IMG/VR virus record: IMGVR_UViG_3300048998_000068
Coordinates: 1 to 46,220 of that record
Source: a virus
Lineage: Duplodnaviria > Caudoviricetes
Reading direction: 5' to 3' (one strand)
Length of the DNA stretch: 46,220 bases
Both the position numbers and the translations under genes were made by a program. The notes beneath the pieces are model-generated. The model was not told where the DNA came from and made no database searches. It saw only the letters and a program-made list of their open reading frames with translations. Of the stretch, positions 36,291 through 45,521 are shown one piece after another (the stretch's first letter is position 1; each line of letters begins with the position of its first letter).

Positions 36291-37100
36291 ATGTCATTTT
36301 CAATGGACGACATCACCACCGGCCAAAATATCGAACCGCCCCGGATTATCCTTTACGGCGTGCCCGGTATCGGGAAAACGACGTTCGCGAGCGAATCACC
36401 TTCGCCAATCTTCGTTCCGACGGAGAAAGGCCAAGGCCGGTTATCCCTCGCAACCTTCCCGCTGTGCCAGTCATTCGACGACGTGGAAAATGCGTTAACG
36501 CTCCTTTACCACGAATCGCATGAATTCCAGACGGTCGTTATTGATGCGCTTGACGGGCTCGAGCGACTGATTTTCGAAGCCGTTTGCGAAGGCCAGCACA
36601 AAAAGAGCATCGGCGATTTCGACTATGGAAAGGGTTATGTTTTGGCGCTTGATACTTGGCAAAGATGCCTAGCGCTAATCGAACGCCTGCGCGACGAAAA
36701 AGGCATGTTAACGATTATGATCGGCCATTCGACCGAAAAAACGTTTAACAACCCGGAAGGCGAGAACTACGATCGCTTTCAACTGCAGGTCCATAAGCAC
36801 GCCGCGCAACTTTTGCTTTCATGGTGCGACGCACTCTTATTCACTAACTATAAAATTCAGGTCAAAGCGCCCATGGCGAAGCTTGGTAAAGAGCTCGCGC
36901 CGGGCAAGGTGAAAGCCAAACCAACAGCCGGAGTCGAAGCGCCGCGCACGCTGTACACAACGGAGCATCCCGCATTTTGGGCAAAGAACCGTTACAATCT
37001 CCCGGAATCGCTTCCGCTGGAATGGCAAGCTTTCGACGAAGCCATGTCCGTCGGTATCGAGACATTTGCTGAAACAATCGAAGAAAAGAAAAAAGGATAG
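36291..37100 (+). CDS. Sak4-like AAA ATPase (single-strand annealing/recombination)
   Basis: LYGVPGIGKTTFA, TVVIDALD, YGKGY, IGH and AKNRY motifs. Confidence 0.88.
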   Translation: MSFSMDDITTGQNIEPPRIILYGVPGIGKTTFASESPSPIFVPTEKGQGRLSLATFPLCQSFDDVENALTLLYHESHEFQTVVIDALDGLERLIFEAVCEGQHKKSIGDFDYGKGYVLALDTWQRCLALIERLRDEKGMLTIMIGHSTEKTFNNPEGENYDRFQLQVHKHAAQLLLSWCDALLFTNYKIQVKAPMAKLGKELAPGKVKAKPTAGVEAPRTLYTTEHPAFWAKNRYNLPESLPLEWQAFDEAMSVGIETFAETIEEKKKG

Positions 37101-37102
37101 TT

Positions 37103-37726
37103 ATGACGTTTTTACCCGATACTACCGGCGAAGAACTTGGCGCCGATTATGAAATAATTCCGCCGGGCAAATATCCGGTGAAGATCGTACAGAGCGAAAT
37201 CACAACCACGAAGTCCGGCCATTTGTGGTTCAAAGTTGAATTGCTGATTTGGAAAGGCGAGCTCGCCGGAAGGAAACTTTTCGACGGATTTTTGCTTAGT
37301 CACGACAACGAAAAAGCAGCGCAAATCGGCTTGCGCAAACTGCGGTCAATCAAAGTCGCGGTCGGCAAGCCGGAAGCGGAAGACGACGTGGAATTGTGGG
37401 ACATTCCGATTATTGCCGACGTTGGTTTTCAAAAAGACACGACCGGCGAATATAGCGACAAGAACACGATCCGAAAGTATCTGTCCGTTGAAAAAGCAGG
37501 CGCCGAAACCACGAAAAACGCGACCGTGACCAAAAAGCAAACGAAGCTAGCGGATGAGAAGCCGACCGCGCGGCAAGCTAAAGAGTCAAACGAATCGCCT
37601 AATCTGCCAGTCGCGCCAACGCAGAAAGGCAAGATTCCTAGCTGGCGCCCGCAGGCGTCGACGCAAAAGGAAGTTGCGCCAGTTGTTGCCGAAACAGAAA
37701 CCGCTGAAACCGAAACCGCAGAATAG
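37103..37726 (+). CDS. DUF669-like single-stranded DNA-binding protein
   Basis: IPPGKYPVKIV..E..TTKSG...GRKLFD...KNTIR; follows the Sak4-like gene; acidic tail. Confidence 0.75.
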   Translation: MTFLPDTTGEELGADYEIIPPGKYPVKIVQSEITTTKSGHLWFKVELLIWKGELAGRKLFDGFLLSHDNEKAAQIGLRKLRSIKVAVGKPEAEDDVELWDIPIIADVGFQKDTTGEYSDKNTIRKYLSVEKAGAETTKNATVTKKQTKLADEKPTARQAKESNESPNLPVAPTQKGKIPSWRPQASTQKEVAPVVAETETAETETAE

Positions 37727-37739
37727 GACTAATTCAATC

Positions 37740-38678
37740 ATGGCCAAATTGCCTTCCGCTGATATCGCCCGCCAAACGCTGAAGGCAATTTGGACCGCTT
37801 GGGAAGCCGAAGCCGAAGAACATCAACGCGCATATTTAGGCGCTTCGATTCTCGGAAAAAAATGCTGGCGCGAATTATGGTACGGGTTTCGTTGGGCCCT
37901 AGATGCCGAGAAACACGAAGGCCGAATGCTTCGCCTTTTTGATACCGGCCATAAAGAGGAAGCGCGCTTTATATCGGAGCTCCGCAAAGCCGGTATTACT
38001 GTTTTTGAATACGACGAGGATACCGGCGAGCAATTTGCGGTTCAAGCGCTTGGCGGTCACTTCGGCGGACACCTTGACGGAATTGTTGTTGGTTTGCCGG
38101 AATCGAAAGAACCGCACGAAGCCGAGTTTAAAACGCACTCGCTCAAGTCCTTTGAAAAGCTTCTGGCGGAAGGACTTCGCCGGAGCAAGCTGGAACACTT
38201 CGTTCAAATGCAAATGTATATGGGTTTAATGGGGCTCGAGCGCGGCTTTTATCTAGCAAAGTGCAAAAACACGGATGACCTATACGCAGAACGGATCCGC
38301 TTCGAACAAAAGGTTTTTGACGAGAACATGGTGAAGGCAGAAACGATTGTATTCTCGCCCGTTCCACTTCCTCGAGCGAGCGAGAATATAGATTATCCGC
38401 CGTGCGCATGGTGTCACTTTAAACACCTTTGCTTAACGAAAACCGTATTACCGATTTTAAATTGCCGGACGTGTATTCACTCTGAACCATCGCCAGATGG
38501 CGGATGGCAATGCACGAAGTTTAACGCCGTGCTTGACCTCGAGACACAGCGCGCAGGCTGTCCGGCGCACCTTTGGATCCCGGAGCTCCTACCGTTCGGA
38601 AAACCTGTCGACCAAGGCCCGGATTTTATCGTTTACCCTAATTTAAAAATGAACGTGCAAGGAGGAATCATTAAATGA
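37740..38678 (+). CDS. Cas4-like PD-(D/E)XK exonuclease
   Basis: YLGAS..GKKC.RELWY, GHLDG, EFKT, QMQMYM, CAWCHF..LC and CRTC motifs; start ATG 37740. Confidence 0.85.
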   Translation: MAKLPSADIARQTLKAIWTAWEAEAEEHQRAYLGASILGKKCWRELWYGFRWALDAEKHEGRMLRLFDTGHKEEARFISELRKAGITVFEYDEDTGEQFAVQALGGHFGGHLDGIVVGLPESKEPHEAEFKTHSLKSFEKLLAEGLRRSKLEHFVQMQMYMGLMGLERGFYLAKCKNTDDLYAERIRFEQKVFDENMVKAETIVFSPVPLPRASENIDYPPCAWCHFKHLCLTKTVLPILNCRTCIHSEPSPDGGWQCTKFNAVLDLETQRAGCPAHLWIPELLPFGKPVDQGPDFIVYPNLKMNVQGGIIK

Positions 38679-38956
38679 TCGCAGAACTGAAAGTTGAAGT
38701 TGAGGATGACTATTATTTGGTATTTCAGGACGAGCCAGACGAGCTAGGCGTTATAGCCTATGGTCAAACGCTGCAAATTCAAGCGACACATACAGAGCCC
38801 GGTGAGGATCGATTTGTGGCGGTAAATCTAAGTCATGAACAACTGCCGTCTTTAATTGCTTCGTTGTTTAACTACTATAAATCCGGTGTATGGCAACCGA
38901 TTCTTATCAACGGAGACGAAGCGTTTCGGAAAGAACTTTCACGGATTTTCCGCTAA
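38675..38956 (+). CDS. Hypothetical protein
   Basis: AGGAGG RBS and ATGA overlap. Confidence 0.6.
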   Translation: MIAELKVEVEDDYYLVFQDEPDELGVIAYGQTLQIQATHTEPGEDRFVAVNLSHEQLPSLIASLFNYYKSGVWQPILINGDEAFRKELSRIFR

Positions 38957-38996
38957 CCGCCTTTCCGACCAAACCGCAGAGAAGGAAAAATCAAAA

Positions 38997-39422
38997 ATGA
39001 ACTTAGAAGCTTTTTACACGACCAAAAAAAAGAAAGTCCAACACACCGAAACGACCCGCACAACAACGTGCAAAATCTGCGGCGCAAATGTTCCCCTCGA
39101 GCATATTCACGGCCATGTGCTTTCCCACTGTAACCACGACGGCCAGTTATTCGAGCGTAACGAAGAACGCCTTTTCCGCTTCGAGCAACTGAAAAACGAC
39201 GCCAACATTTCATTGCTCGAGTCCTGCGCCGCCTGCAACAAAGTCGTCAACAAGACAGAGCTTCCACCACTTAATTACTATTTCACAGATTTTCGCCTCG
39301 AGCTGATAGAGCTCGTCAACAAGCATAAAGAGAAAGCTGCAGAGCTCCGCCGCCTAGAAAAAACAAAGAGCGAGCAGAACCAAGCACGCCAACGAGAAGC
39401 GATTTTGAACGGAAAGGTATAA
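38997..39422 (+). CDS. Zinc-finger-containing hypothetical protein
   Basis: CKIC...H..H and CAAC motifs; AAGGA RBS before ATG 38997. Confidence 0.55.
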   Translation: MNLEAFYTTKKKKVQHTETTRTTTCKICGANVPLEHIHGHVLSHCNHDGQLFERNEERLFRFEQLKNDANISLLESCAACNKVVNKTELPPLNYYFTDFRLELIELVNKHKEKAAELRRLEKTKSEQNQARQREAILNGKV

Positions 39423-39423
39423 A

Positions 39424-39609
39424 ATGCAGCGAACCACAACTACAATCTACTTTAAAGAACATCCCGGCCGACCATTAGATCACAACTGCGTTGCAAAAAT
39501 TAAACAACTATTGTCCTCGAAATCAGACGCAGAAATCGCAAAGGAAGTCAGCGTTAGACCCAAAACAATCACTAACATTCGAAGCGGCAAAACCTACAAA
39601 AACGTATGA
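39424..39609 (+). CDS. Small HTH protein
   Basis: SDAEIAKEVSVRPKTITNIRSGKTY resembles the HTH tail of HNH/NUMOD proteins. Confidence 0.6.
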   Translation: MQRTTTTIYFKEHPGRPLDHNCVAKIKQLLSSKSDAEIAKEVSVRPKTITNIRSGKTYKNV

Positions 39610-41261
39610 CTCTTAGACCCTACCAGCGGGAAGCCGTCGATTCACTTTTTGAATGGTTCGGCGAGCATCCGACCGGGAACCCGCTGGTTGTTCTTCCGAC
39701 CGGATCCGGGAAGTCGCACGTAATTGCGGAATTCGTGCGTGAGGCGCTTTTAGTCTGCCCGGAAGAATGGATTTTAATCATTAGCCACCGGAAGGAAATT
39801 TTACAGCAAAACGCGCAAAAGTTAATGCAGGCATGGCCCGGCGTACCACTTGCGATTTTCTCCGCCGGACTTGGATCGAAGCGCTTTGCCAAAGTCACGG
39901 TCGCAGGCGTACAGAGCGTTGCCAATGCGGCAATGCTTCCGCCGTTTGGATTAATGATTATCGACGAATGCCACCTATTACCGAAAACCGGAATGGGCAG
40001 ATATCAAACGCTGATAAAGGTGTTACTCGGAATCAATCCACACATGCGAATTATTGGTTTTACCGCCACGCCGTTTCGACTTGATTCCGGCATGTTATGC
40101 GAAGGCGAGGACCGGATTTTTGAGGAAGTTTGCTACGAAGCACCGATAAAAGAGCTTATCGAAGACGGCTATCTTTCCCCGTTGATTAGTAAATACGATC
40201 CGAAAAAGCAGGCCGATTTATCCGCCGTTCGAATTCGTGGCGGAGAGTTCAAGGCATCGGACGCCGAAGCCGTCATGGACACGGATATCGTTACCCGCGG
40301 CGCTATCGACGAAATGTTGGAACTTGGCGCGGAGCGAAAATCGTGGCTGGTATTCTGCGCAGGCGTTGACCACGCCCAGCACTTCGCCGCGGAGCTCGAG
40401 ATAGCCGGAATATCGACCCGCTGCGTTTTCGGCGAGACTGACCAAGCGGAGCGCGATCGCACGTTGAAGGATTTCAAGGAAGGAAGGTTTCAAGCACTTT
40501 GCAACTGCGACGTTCTAACAACCGGCTTTGACGCACCGAACATTGATTTGGTCGCCTTAGTTCGCCCAACCAAATCCGCCAGCTTGTATATTCAGATGGT
40601 CGGCCGCGGTTCCCGCCTATCTCCGCAAACTGGCAAGCTTGACTGCCTGATTTTAGACTACGGCGGAAACATCAAGTTGCACGGAGCAATTGACGAAATC
40701 GTTATCCGGGCAAAGGCGAGCTCGAGCGGCGACGGGGAATCAGCGGAAGCCGTATTGCCAACGAAAATTTGCCCGCGCTGCAAAGCGGAAGTCGCGATTG
40801 CGATCCGGTCCTGCCCCGATTGCGGATATTTATTTCCCGCCCCGCTAAAAACCGAAGGCAAGGCCAGCAACCTGTCAATTCTTTCCGGTCCTCGCGAGGC
40901 TATTATCTCGAGCGTTGAATATTCCCGGCACGACAAAAAAGGAGGACAAGACAGCTTCAAAGCGACTTACTACGAAGGCTTATACGACTTCGTGGCGTCC
41001 GAATGGATTTGTCTCGAGCACGAAGGCTTCGCGCGCCAGAAAGCTGCAGAATGGTGGATCCTCCGCGGCTTAAAGCCCATTCCAAAAACTATCGACGAAG
41101 CGCTGCGCCGGATTTGGGAACTGCGTCCGCCAAAGTCGATAATTGTTCGAATGGAAGGGAAATTTAAGAAAGTTGCTCGAGTAAGATTTGATGAAACTTG
41201 GCATCGCGGCGAGGCGCCCGAAGCAAATAAGTTTCTCACAGATGAGGATATACCGTTTTGA
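39606..41261 (+). CDS. SF2 DExH helicase (RadD/YejH-like) with zinc finger
   Basis: LRPYQ, PTGSGKS, DECH, TATP, TGFD, QMVGRG and CPRC..CPDC motifs. Confidence 0.92.
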   Translation: MTLRPYQREAVDSLFEWFGEHPTGNPLVVLPTGSGKSHVIAEFVREALLVCPEEWILIISHRKEILQQNAQKLMQAWPGVPLAIFSAGLGSKRFAKVTVAGVQSVANAAMLPPFGLMIIDECHLLPKTGMGRYQTLIKVLLGINPHMRIIGFTATPFRLDSGMLCEGEDRIFEEVCYEAPIKELIEDGYLSPLISKYDPKKQADLSAVRIRGGEFKASDAEAVMDTDIVTRGAIDEMLELGAERKSWLVFCAGVDHAQHFAAELEIAGISTRCVFGETDQAERDRTLKDFKEGRFQALCNCDVLTTGFDAPNIDLVALVRPTKSASLYIQMVGRGSRLSPQTGKLDCLILDYGGNIKLHGAIDEIVIRAKASSSGDGESAEAVLPTKICPRCKAEVAIAIRSCPDCGYLFPAPLKTEGKASNLSILSGPREAIISSVEYSRHDKKGGQDSFKATYYEGLYDFVASEWICLEHEGFARQKAAEWWILRGLKPIPKTIDEALRRIWELRPPKSIIVRMEGKFKKVARVRFDETWHRGEAPEANKFLTDEDIPF

Positions 41262-41506
41262 GCTCCGAAAAGAAAAACGACGATTGGTTAGAGGTTCGGA
41301 TCCTTACCTGCAACAAGAACGCCGACCACGCGGAACCGGTCGAAACGGTATCGTTTATTTATCGACGAGTAGAGAAAGATATCATCCACTGTAAGGCGTG
41401 CGGCGCTTCTTACATATGGGAATGGCAAAAGAATTTATTAATGACACCGACCGGTAAAGTGTTGCCGGCCGATTTGTATCGACTAGGCGAAGGTTATGAT
41501 GACTGA
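41258..41506 (+). CDS. Hypothetical protein, possible zinc ribbon
   Basis: C..H and CKAC motifs; overlapping start. Confidence 0.5.
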   Translation: MSSEKKNDDWLEVRILTCNKNADHAEPVETVSFIYRRVEKDIIHCKACGASYIWEWQKNLLMTPTGKVLPADLYRLGEGYDD

Positions 41507-41765
41507 AGAAATCCGTAAGGACAGCGAACTTAAATGGCTTCAATGCTCAGTTGAATCGGAACTTATTCGCGCACGAAAGGCCCACCCTAAGCGGCTAAAT
41601 AGTCCACACGAAGCATACGCAATAATAAAGGAGGAATTAGAAGAATTTTGGGACATCGTCAAACTAAAGTCCAACGATCCAAGTTATGATAAAACTTTCA
41701 TGCGCGACGAACTAATACAAATTGCAGCAATGGCGATAAGAACCATTTTAGATCTAAAATTATGA
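41496..41765 (+). CDS. MazG-like nucleotide pyrophosphohydrolase-fold protein
   Basis: SPHEAYAIIKEELEEFW...RDELIQIAAMAIR. Confidence 0.65.
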   Translation: MMTEEIRKDSELKWLQCSVESELIRARKAHPKRLNSPHEAYAIIKEELEEFWDIVKLKSNDPSYDKTFMRDELIQIAAMAIRTILDLKL

Positions 41766-42028
41766 AACATCACCTTTTCGGAATAGCTGGAATCGGAATT
41801 GGCGTATTGATCACTATTGCCGCGATCGCCGCAAGTCGGCCAGTCGAAGAACCGCCAAAAGACTTGAAACTTTGCCTGAAGCAAAGCGATGTTTTGCGGC
41901 AAGGCGTCGACTACTACCATGAGCAAGCCGGAAATATGTTCAAACGATTTGAAGCTTGCGAGCAAGAACGAATTGCCGCAAAACCTACCGCAATGCCAAC
42001 CGCCGGAGAACCTACCATTGGACGATAA
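41762..42028 (+). CDS. Membrane-anchored small protein
   Basis: N-terminal TM and a Cys pair; ATGA overlap. Confidence 0.5.
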   Translation: MKHHLFGIAGIGIGVLITIAAIAASRPVEEPPKDLKLCLKQSDVLRQGVDYYHEQAGNMFKRFEACEQERIAAKPTAMPTAGEPTIGR

Positions 42029-42335
42029 GGAGCTAATCGAAAACCTCAGAAATCGAACGTTTCTAAAATGGAATCCCTACGTTGAACGGGAAGCATTGGC
42101 GCGCATTCTCGAGTTGCTAACGGGCCCCGGCGAGGCCGAAAGAATCGATAATTGGTTGATTGATTGGCATTGGAGCAGAGAGCCCGAAGCGACCTACCAC
42201 AACACAGTATCAGCGGATACCGCCGCAGAAGCCGAAAGCGTTTTTCTTGCTAGCGTGTCAGAATTCATAACGCTGGATAATTATGTAGTGTGCGATCGTG
42301 TAATCGACCTTTCCACAGGACTAGTCGAAAAATAA
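42018..42335 (+). CDS. Hypothetical protein
   Basis: GGAG RBS before TTG 42018; last gene of the rightward unit. Confidence 0.5.
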   Translation: MDDKELIENLRNRTFLKWNPYVEREALARILELLTGPGEAERIDNWLIDWHWSREPEATYHNTVSADTAAEAESVFLASVSEFITLDNYVVCDRVIDLSTGLVEK

Positions 42336-42373
42336 AAAAGCGGTATGTTTCCCGACCAAAAGAAACATACCGC
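42328..42373 (-). terminator. Rho-independent terminator at the convergence of the two transcription units
   Basis: 12-bp stem GCGGTATGTTTC/GAAACATACCGC (42340-42351/42362-42373), followed by a U-tract on the minus strand. Confidence 0.8.
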
Positions 42374-42409
42374 CACCAGCCTACACCGGAAGAAAAGGAC
42401 GAATCCTTT

Positions 42410-42790
42410 TTAACTTACCGCCGAACCGGAACCAACGTCAACACCGGTTCCGGTATCCGTTCCGGCATCCGGCGAGGACGAAGAAGCCGTCGCAACGTCC
42501 GTTTGTGCCTGTGTGAGCTCCGCTTTTGCTTGCGCTAACGCTTCTAGGCTTGCGGTCAACGTCCGATCTACATCGCTGAAATCAGGATTGCCAGCCGCAA
42601 CTTGAGCTTTTAGCGCTTCGATTTGTGTTTGAAGGTTAGTCACCTGTCCTTCAGTTTCACCAACAACGCGAACAACCGTATCCATTGCGGTGTTTAGCGT
42701 TTGGCTTGTCGCGAGAATGTCCAGCGCCGCAGTTTTCAATTCTTCAGACTTCGAAACAATTTCTTCTGCCGTAACCATAAATTTATCCAT
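42410..42790 (-). CDS. Acidic coiled-coil protein, last late gene
   Basis: Heptad-rich Ala/Thr/Glu sequence with a low-complexity tail; start probably 42790 or 42778. Confidence 0.6.
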   Translation of the reverse strand: MDKFMVTAEEIVSKSEELKTAALDILATSQTLNTAMDTVVRVVGETEGQVTNLQTQIEALKAQVAAGNPDFSDVDRTLTASLEALAQAKAELTQAQTDVATASSSSPDAGTDTGTGVDVGSGSAVS

Positions 42791-42879
42791 CCTTTGTGTA
42801 TTTTTTTCGAATTCCCGGGCCATGGCCACAATCAGCCCGGGAAGCGTTGTCCACTTTTCAACCCAACACGGTATGCGCA

Positions 42880-44328
42880 TTAATCGAGCCCTATAATCGG
42901 CGACGCGGATGCATCGGAAGTAATCGGTTGAGTGTAAAAAGTCGTTGAATTGTCCGCCTTTTTACAAATCAGATTTCCGCCCGATACTTGCAACTTGTTG
43001 GTTTGTTTCGCAACCATACCGTACGGCGATTGCTTGATCACTACGTCGCCCCAAGTACTTGCCTCAATTGCAGCATTTCCACGCCGCCAAACTACATCCG
43101 CCAGCCGATTTAACAGGTTCCCGGTAACGGTTAACGTGTCAAACGCCCCGGTCGCAAAAGTCGAAACGGTAAACGCCCCCGTTGCAAATTTTGCCGCGGT
43201 AAACGCACCGTCAGCAATTTCAGCGCTTCCGATCGCATTGGCCGCGAGCTGCGAAGCGCCAATGCTGTCCGCAGCGAGTTTTGCCGCCGTAATGAAGCCG
43301 TCAGCAACTTGAGCACTACCAATAGCACTTGCGGCAATCTTCGCTGCAGTAACCGCCCCGTCGGCAATCTCCGAGCTCCCAATGGCGCCTGCGGCTATGG
43401 CACTTGCTCCGATTGCATCCGTAGCAATTTTCGCGGATGTAATGGCACCGTTTGCCAGCACAACACCGGAAGTTTCAACGTCGGTCTTAACCGCTGAAAC
43501 GTTCGTTGCCAACGTGTCGATAATTCCGCCAGCCGTTGCGGCTTTTGTTCCGGTGACACCGAGAGCATAACGAATATTTTGCTTTTCGGAGTCCGTCCAG
43601 CTGGAACCACTTCCGCCCGCGCCAGCAAGTCCGCAATCCGGCGAGTCACGAAGAATATACGACTGCGCGCCAATATCGGTCGTTGGAGCTGCGGTTGTCC
43701 AATTCGGACGAATCGCCAATTGCCGCGTAGATCCGGTGTAGTCATAACCACATCGGCATTCGCCCGCACTCGCGCCGGTCGTAATGCACACTTCGATCGC
43801 GTGTTCGCTTCCCGACGTTGCGGAAGCATAGAACCCGTTAACGCTAGATGCCGTCGAAGCCAGATTAATCGAACCCGCCGCGCCAGCTTGTGACACACCA
43901 TCCGCCGCCGTCAACGTGTCCAAACTCGTTAAAGTTAGTGGCCAAGTTTCCTGATAATGGAATGACGCCGTGCCGGAGCAATCAAGCGTCACTAGATCAC
44001 CACCTCCGCAGGCCCACATCGTATCAGGCGCATCAAAGCGATAAAGTCCGGGTGCAGAAGTCGACGACATTTCGATCATGCCGCCAGACGTATAGGCGGT
44101 CGTAACCAAGGCCAACGCCGAATCGGTCACGGTTGAAATGGCGCCGCCAGCTTGAAACCAGCTACAGGATATTCCGGTATTAGTTAGGCCGGTTGTTTCG
44201 GTGTTATCAGCCGTTTTATGGAACGCTATCGTCAGCTTTTTTGACGTACTGCCGCACTTAATACCGGACCCGGCAAACGCAACCGACGGACACAACAAAA
44301 GAACTAATATTAATCTGATAAATTTCAT
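42880..44328 (-). CDS. Secreted fibre-like protein with 10-residue repeats
   Basis: ATG 44328 (ATGA overlap) gives signal peptide MKFIRLILVLLLCPSVAFA; ~11 repeats of IAxGAITxAK type; Cys-rich N-terminal half. Confidence 0.75.
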   Translation of the reverse strand: MKFIRLILVLLLCPSVAFAGSGIKCGSTSKKLTIAFHKTADNTETTGLTNTGISCSWFQAGGAISTVTDSALALVTTAYTSGGMIEMSSTSAPGLYRFDAPDTMWACGGGDLVTLDCSGTASFHYQETWPLTLTSLDTLTAADGVSQAGAAGSINLASTASSVNGFYASATSGSEHAIEVCITTGASAGECRCGYDYTGSTRQLAIRPNWTTAAPTTDIGAQSYILRDSPDCGLAGAGGSGSSWTDSEKQNIRYALGVTGTKAATAGGIIDTLATNVSAVKTDVETSGVVLANGAITSAKIATDAIGASAIAAGAIGSSEIADGAVTAAKIAASAIGSAQVADGFITAAKLAADSIGASQLAANAIGSAEIADGAFTAAKFATGAFTVSTFATGAFDTLTVTGNLLNRLADVVWRRGNAAIEASTWGDVVIKQSPYGMVAKQTNKLQVSGGNLICKKADNSTTFYTQPITSDASASPIIGLD

Positions 44329-45521
44329 TGTGTTCCTAAACCTGATAACGGTTGTAAAGTTCTTTGCCACGGTAATATCGGCTTATAGCCACTTCCACTA
44401 GGCACTCGCTCATCCGCGCCCAGATCCCACGACGTTCCTTGCGGCCGCGTATCGCCCTCAAAATCGGAAGAAAACGCAGCGGATGGATCCGCCGCTAGCG
44501 ACGTTCCTTTTTCAACTGCCCCCGTGTCAGCACCGGCTAAATGGTAATCAGCCGTTGCGAAGGTTTCAGAGACAAACGTTGGCGAAATATTCCATAACGC
44601 CGCATTTGGGCCACTGGTATCCGTCGTTGAATTGGTGCTAAAAGTATCTGTGGCCGATGATTCGCGGTAGTAGCTACCCATGATGTTATTTTTCCACTGG
44701 AAAATATCAGAAGTGCCATAGCTAAAAATTCCGACATCGCCGCCCGAGCCGTTATTTTTAATTGTATTATTGAAACCGTAAACTTCTTCGCCGACATCGC
44801 CGCCCGCACTATTCCAATAAAAACCTGCGGCATGAAAACCATAAATGACATTATTGATCGCAAATATTTTACGCGTTCCGGTACTACCATGCGATTGGAT
44901 CATGATACCGGAATTCTGCCCGTTCGTTGTCGGCGTGCTTGACGGATTATATCGGATAAGCATTTGTCTGACATAAAACACGCCCTGCGTTGCGCCAGCA
45001 TCCCCAAAAAATATGCCGCGCGCCGGATCCGATCCGGTTCCTTTATTTTCGACTTGAAAATTCTCAAACCGGAGATAGCAGGTATTACTAGCGCATCCGG
45101 TGGGAACGATCGCGCCCCCGTAGTTTGAATTCGAAACCCTAAATTTACCCGTTGACCAGACACCTAAATGTTTCCCGGTTGTCGCGTTGTCGCCCTTCAC
45201 TCTGACAAAAGTTGACGAGCCAGTGGTCATGCCGTGCAAATCGCCAAGCCAAACCGTATCCGCAGCCGCCCCGCGACACAAAATATCCATTTGGTTTCCG
45301 GCGGAAACTAAATTTTGTGTGCGAGCCGTTATCGCCTGATCAACATTCTGGTAGGCACCGACACCGCCGCCGGACGTTGCGCAGGCGCTCGAGGTTCCAT
45401 CACCGGCAAAACTAGTGCAATCGGTATTAACATAATAGGTAATGACCGCCGCGAGCACCGACGAAGGCAGAAGCAGAACAGCAACGCAAAAATAAACGAC
45501 TAGGTATCGAAACTTTTTCAT
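44325..45521 (-). CDS. Secreted beta-helix protein with choice-of-anchor-Q-like C-terminus
   Basis: Signal peptide MKKFRYLVVYFCVAVLLLPSSVLA; NNVIY/NNTI/KNNI repeats; DYHL...DFEGDTRP..WDLGADE. Confidence 0.8.
   Translation of the reverse strand: MKKFRYLVVYFCVAVLLLPSSVLAAVITYYVNTDCTSFAGDGTSSACATSGGGVGAYQNVDQAITARTQNLVSAGNQMDILCRGAAADTVWLGDLHGMTTGSSTFVRVKGDNATTGKHLGVWSTGKFRVSNSNYGGAIVPTGCASNTCYLRFENFQVENKGTGSDPARGIFFGDAGATQGVFYVRQMLIRYNPSSTPTTNGQNSGIMIQSHGSTGTRKIFAINNVIYGFHAAGFYWNSAGGDVGEEVYGFNNTIKNNGSGGDVGIFSYGTSDIFQWKNNIMGSYYRESSATDTFSTNSTTDTSGPNAALWNISPTFVSETFATADYHLAGADTGAVEKGTSLAADPSAAFSSDFEGDTRPQGTSWDLGADERVPSGSGYKPILPWQRTLQPLSGLGTQ

Noticed and set aside
37740-38678. CRISPR-Cas system suggested by the Cas4-like gene
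   Set aside because: There is no array or other cas gene, and it sits in the usual Sak4-SSB-nuclease-helicase recombination module.
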